From Takakia lepidozioides (Eukaryota; Plantae; Bryophyta), in contig CM060734.1 of the NCBI GenBank assembly GCA_030704615.1, positions 51,088,001 through 51,152,000 of the forward strand: a stretch of DNA of 64,000 bases. The letters run 5' to 3'. Made by a program: the position numbers and the translations under genes. The notes beneath the pieces are model-generated. The model was given only the letters and a program-made list of their open reading frames with translations. It was not told the DNA's origin and did no database searches. This document shows, in pieces, positions 62,015 through 64,000 of this stretch. How positions within the stretch are numbered: position 1 is the stretch's first letter; every line of letters begins with the position of its first letter.

Positions 62015-62850
62015 AGGCATCGTTGAAACAACCATTCTCCGCTAGGAACCTCCTCAAGTGGCGGTGTCAAGCATCTCATGTGCTATCCCCTTGAGCATTT
62101 ATCACACACCAGCATGGTGACTGCACCACCAGCATGCAACGCAACCCTGCAGGTACCACTGCAAGGTTGGGATCTATCCTCCCATTCACATGTGGGAGGT
62201 AACATGGCGCACAATTGCGCACATGATCCTTCCATACCATGCCATCTCGACCCTCCAAAATCAACACTTCTGAAGGCAACACCTCCCTGACCCACTTTGG
62301 TCAACTTGGTAAGAGCCTTTGCAATGCCGCTAAATCCTTTGACAAACCGTTGATAGTAGTTTGTCAACCCCATGAAAGCACGAACTCTGCTCACATCTAT
62401 GGGGCGTGGAATGCGTGCAATGGCCTCCACCTTCGTCTTTTGAACACCCAATCCCAATGGCATCAAAGATCTCCTCTGGAGTTGGCATGGCATATCTGTC
62501 AGACTTAGTCTGACGGTTCACAGGACGGTAGTCCCCACACATCCTCATTTCTGTCCATTGCCATAGATATCCTTCTTAGCTGACATCACCGTTGCCGAGG
62601 CATACTCCCTGTCTGACAACTTCATCAATCCAGCTTCGAACAACTCCATAGTCCGTGATTGGATCAATGTCACTATACCGGTAGGGCCTTCGAAAAATTG
62701 GCGTGTCACTTGTCAAATCAATACGAATCTCTTGGCCCTTCAAACTCCCCAAATTCTTCAAACCGAAAACAAAGCAATTTCTATAAGCCCTTAGAAATTG
62801 TTGGATCATCCGTCTCTCTCCTCCGGTGACTATAGGTCCAACATCTGGAA
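62015..62850 (-). mobile_element. Internally deleted Ty3/Gypsy remnant related to the 9.8-11.6 kb copy, ending in a PHD finger
   Basis: LKGQEIRIDL..PIFRRPYRYSD, RMCGDYRPVNRQTKSDRYAMPTPEEIFD, RAFMGLTNYYQRFVKGFS, then WKDHVRNCAPC and TMLVCDKCSRG*HMRCLTPPLEEVPSGEW. Confidence 0.88.
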
Positions 62851-63707
62851 TTAAATGAATATTCCAATACTATGGAACCTGCTAGTATTGAATTATTTTT
62901 TTTCAATACCAAGACCAAAAATGTAATACCCGCCCAACATTGGAGCACACCCCCTGAACTCCAGCCGCTTTTTTGGAACCCTAAATTTGTTTTTTTGGAA
63001 GATCTGCATGCAGACCTTATTCTCCATGTGGCCTGACATGAGCATACTCTAAAAGCAGATCTGCGAGATCAGATGTCAAAAATATCTAAAAAGAACCAAA
63101 ATGAAAAGCCCAAAACGGGCCTGGTGGACGCTTAAGGGTTTAAGAGAGTGTAGGCTGGGAATCGGAGGGCTCAACACCTCCATAAAAGCCCGTCTAGACA
63201 ATTCAAGAAGCTAGTTCAATTATTGTCCTTTTTTTCGGGCAGTCCGAGCAAGTTCCCAAAACCATTGACGTTGATGACGTGGCAACAAAACGTGACAGAT
63301 GATGACGCGGCACAATGACACCCTATTTCTGCTCTATGCTAAAGCTAGTGTCCGACCTTTGGTTGTCACTAGAAATGGGAGGATTTGACAGGGTAGGAGG
63401 TGGTGGGGAGGATTTGACACGGGACCACCGAAGGAGAATGGCCCACGCTGCCGGATCGCGCGCGTCCATTAAGTTCCCGCGACAAGGACAAAAGCAAAAT
63501 AGTCGGTAATTAAGTCATCAACTGTGGACCGTCCGCACGGACTGGCTGCTGTGTACACTAGATTAGTCATGAATGCAGACGCTCAGGTTCAAAGACAGCA
63601 GGAGAGAGGATAGCAAGGAAGAGGGGCCGAGGGAATTGCAGAGAGAAGGACTCACAAATTGAGCTGAGGGTTACGTCCTCCGGAGCTTGGAAGCTTGTTG
63701 GTGCAAC

Positions 63708-64000
63708 ATGAGTGATAAGTGGATGGGGGGGTGGAAGTCTGCATTGCAAAGAGGGGATGGGTGGCGGATCAGCTGGACCTCTGTGATTCTAGGCGCCACT
63801 TTACTTGTGATCTTTTGGATGAAACGGGATCGTAGGAAGCTTCCCCCAGGGCCTTGGAGCTGGCCCATAGTGGGCAACCTGTTCCTTTTAGGCACCGTTC
63901 CACATCAGTCTTTAACAGCCTTGGCAAAAAAGTATGGGCCCCTCTTCCTCATGCACTTTGGTTCTCTTCCTGTTCTAGTAGTGTCCGATGCAGAGATGGC
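63708..64000 (+). CDS. Cytochrome P450 (A-type/CYP71 clan), 5' part, runs off the window
   Basis: Hydrophobic anchor followed by RKLPPGPWSWPIVGNLFLLGTVPHQSLTALAKKYGPLFLMHFGSLPVLVVSDAEM. Confidence 0.92.
   Translation, partial: MSDKWMGGWKSALQRGDGWRISWTSVILGATLLVIFWMKRDRRKLPPGPWSWPIVGNLFLLGTVPHQSLTALAKKYGPLFLMHFGSLPVLVVSDAEM

Overview
Eukaryotic nuclear DNA, most likely from a seed-free land plant. This is inferred from spliceosomal introns, a PLS-DYW PPR gene, a plastid-type RNase E and a PHD-bearing Gypsy element. The first ~15.5 kb is a nested transposon block and the rest is gene-dense. The block starts with a degenerate Mutator-like (MULE) element with two divergent genes: a minus-strand transposase with a GCM-like Zn finger and DDE core, and a plus-strand multi-exon cargo gene encoding a ParB/Srx-like domain plus a beta-class N6/N4 DNA-methyltransferase-like domain. 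Two introns of the cargo gene carry arrays of a spaced 22-bp palindrome (TGAATGTCGTTGACGACATTCA). A non-coding element at ~12.9-14.4 kb carries a second array with the same 14-bp core, flanked by the same TTCATCC subterminal motifs in inverted orientation. This ParB-MTase plus palindrome-array arrangement is the best candidate for an undescribed system, for example transposon self-marking or anti-silencing; its function is inference only. Host genes follow in order: an MTP1-like Zn transporter, plastid RNase E/G with ten 39-aa repeats, a YjbQ/UPF0047 gene with a long Pro-rich extension and two lesions, an unidentified gene, a DHHC S-acyltransferase with a U12 intron, arabinose-5-phosphate isomerase, an ASNSD1-like gene, a deletion-damaged PPR-DYW gene and the start of a cytochrome P450. 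Interspersed are two Gypsy remnants, an RTE-type LINE fragment, two tRNA-derived SINEs, a Tourist-like MITE and tandem repeats. All family calls come from motif recognition by eye; no database searches were run.
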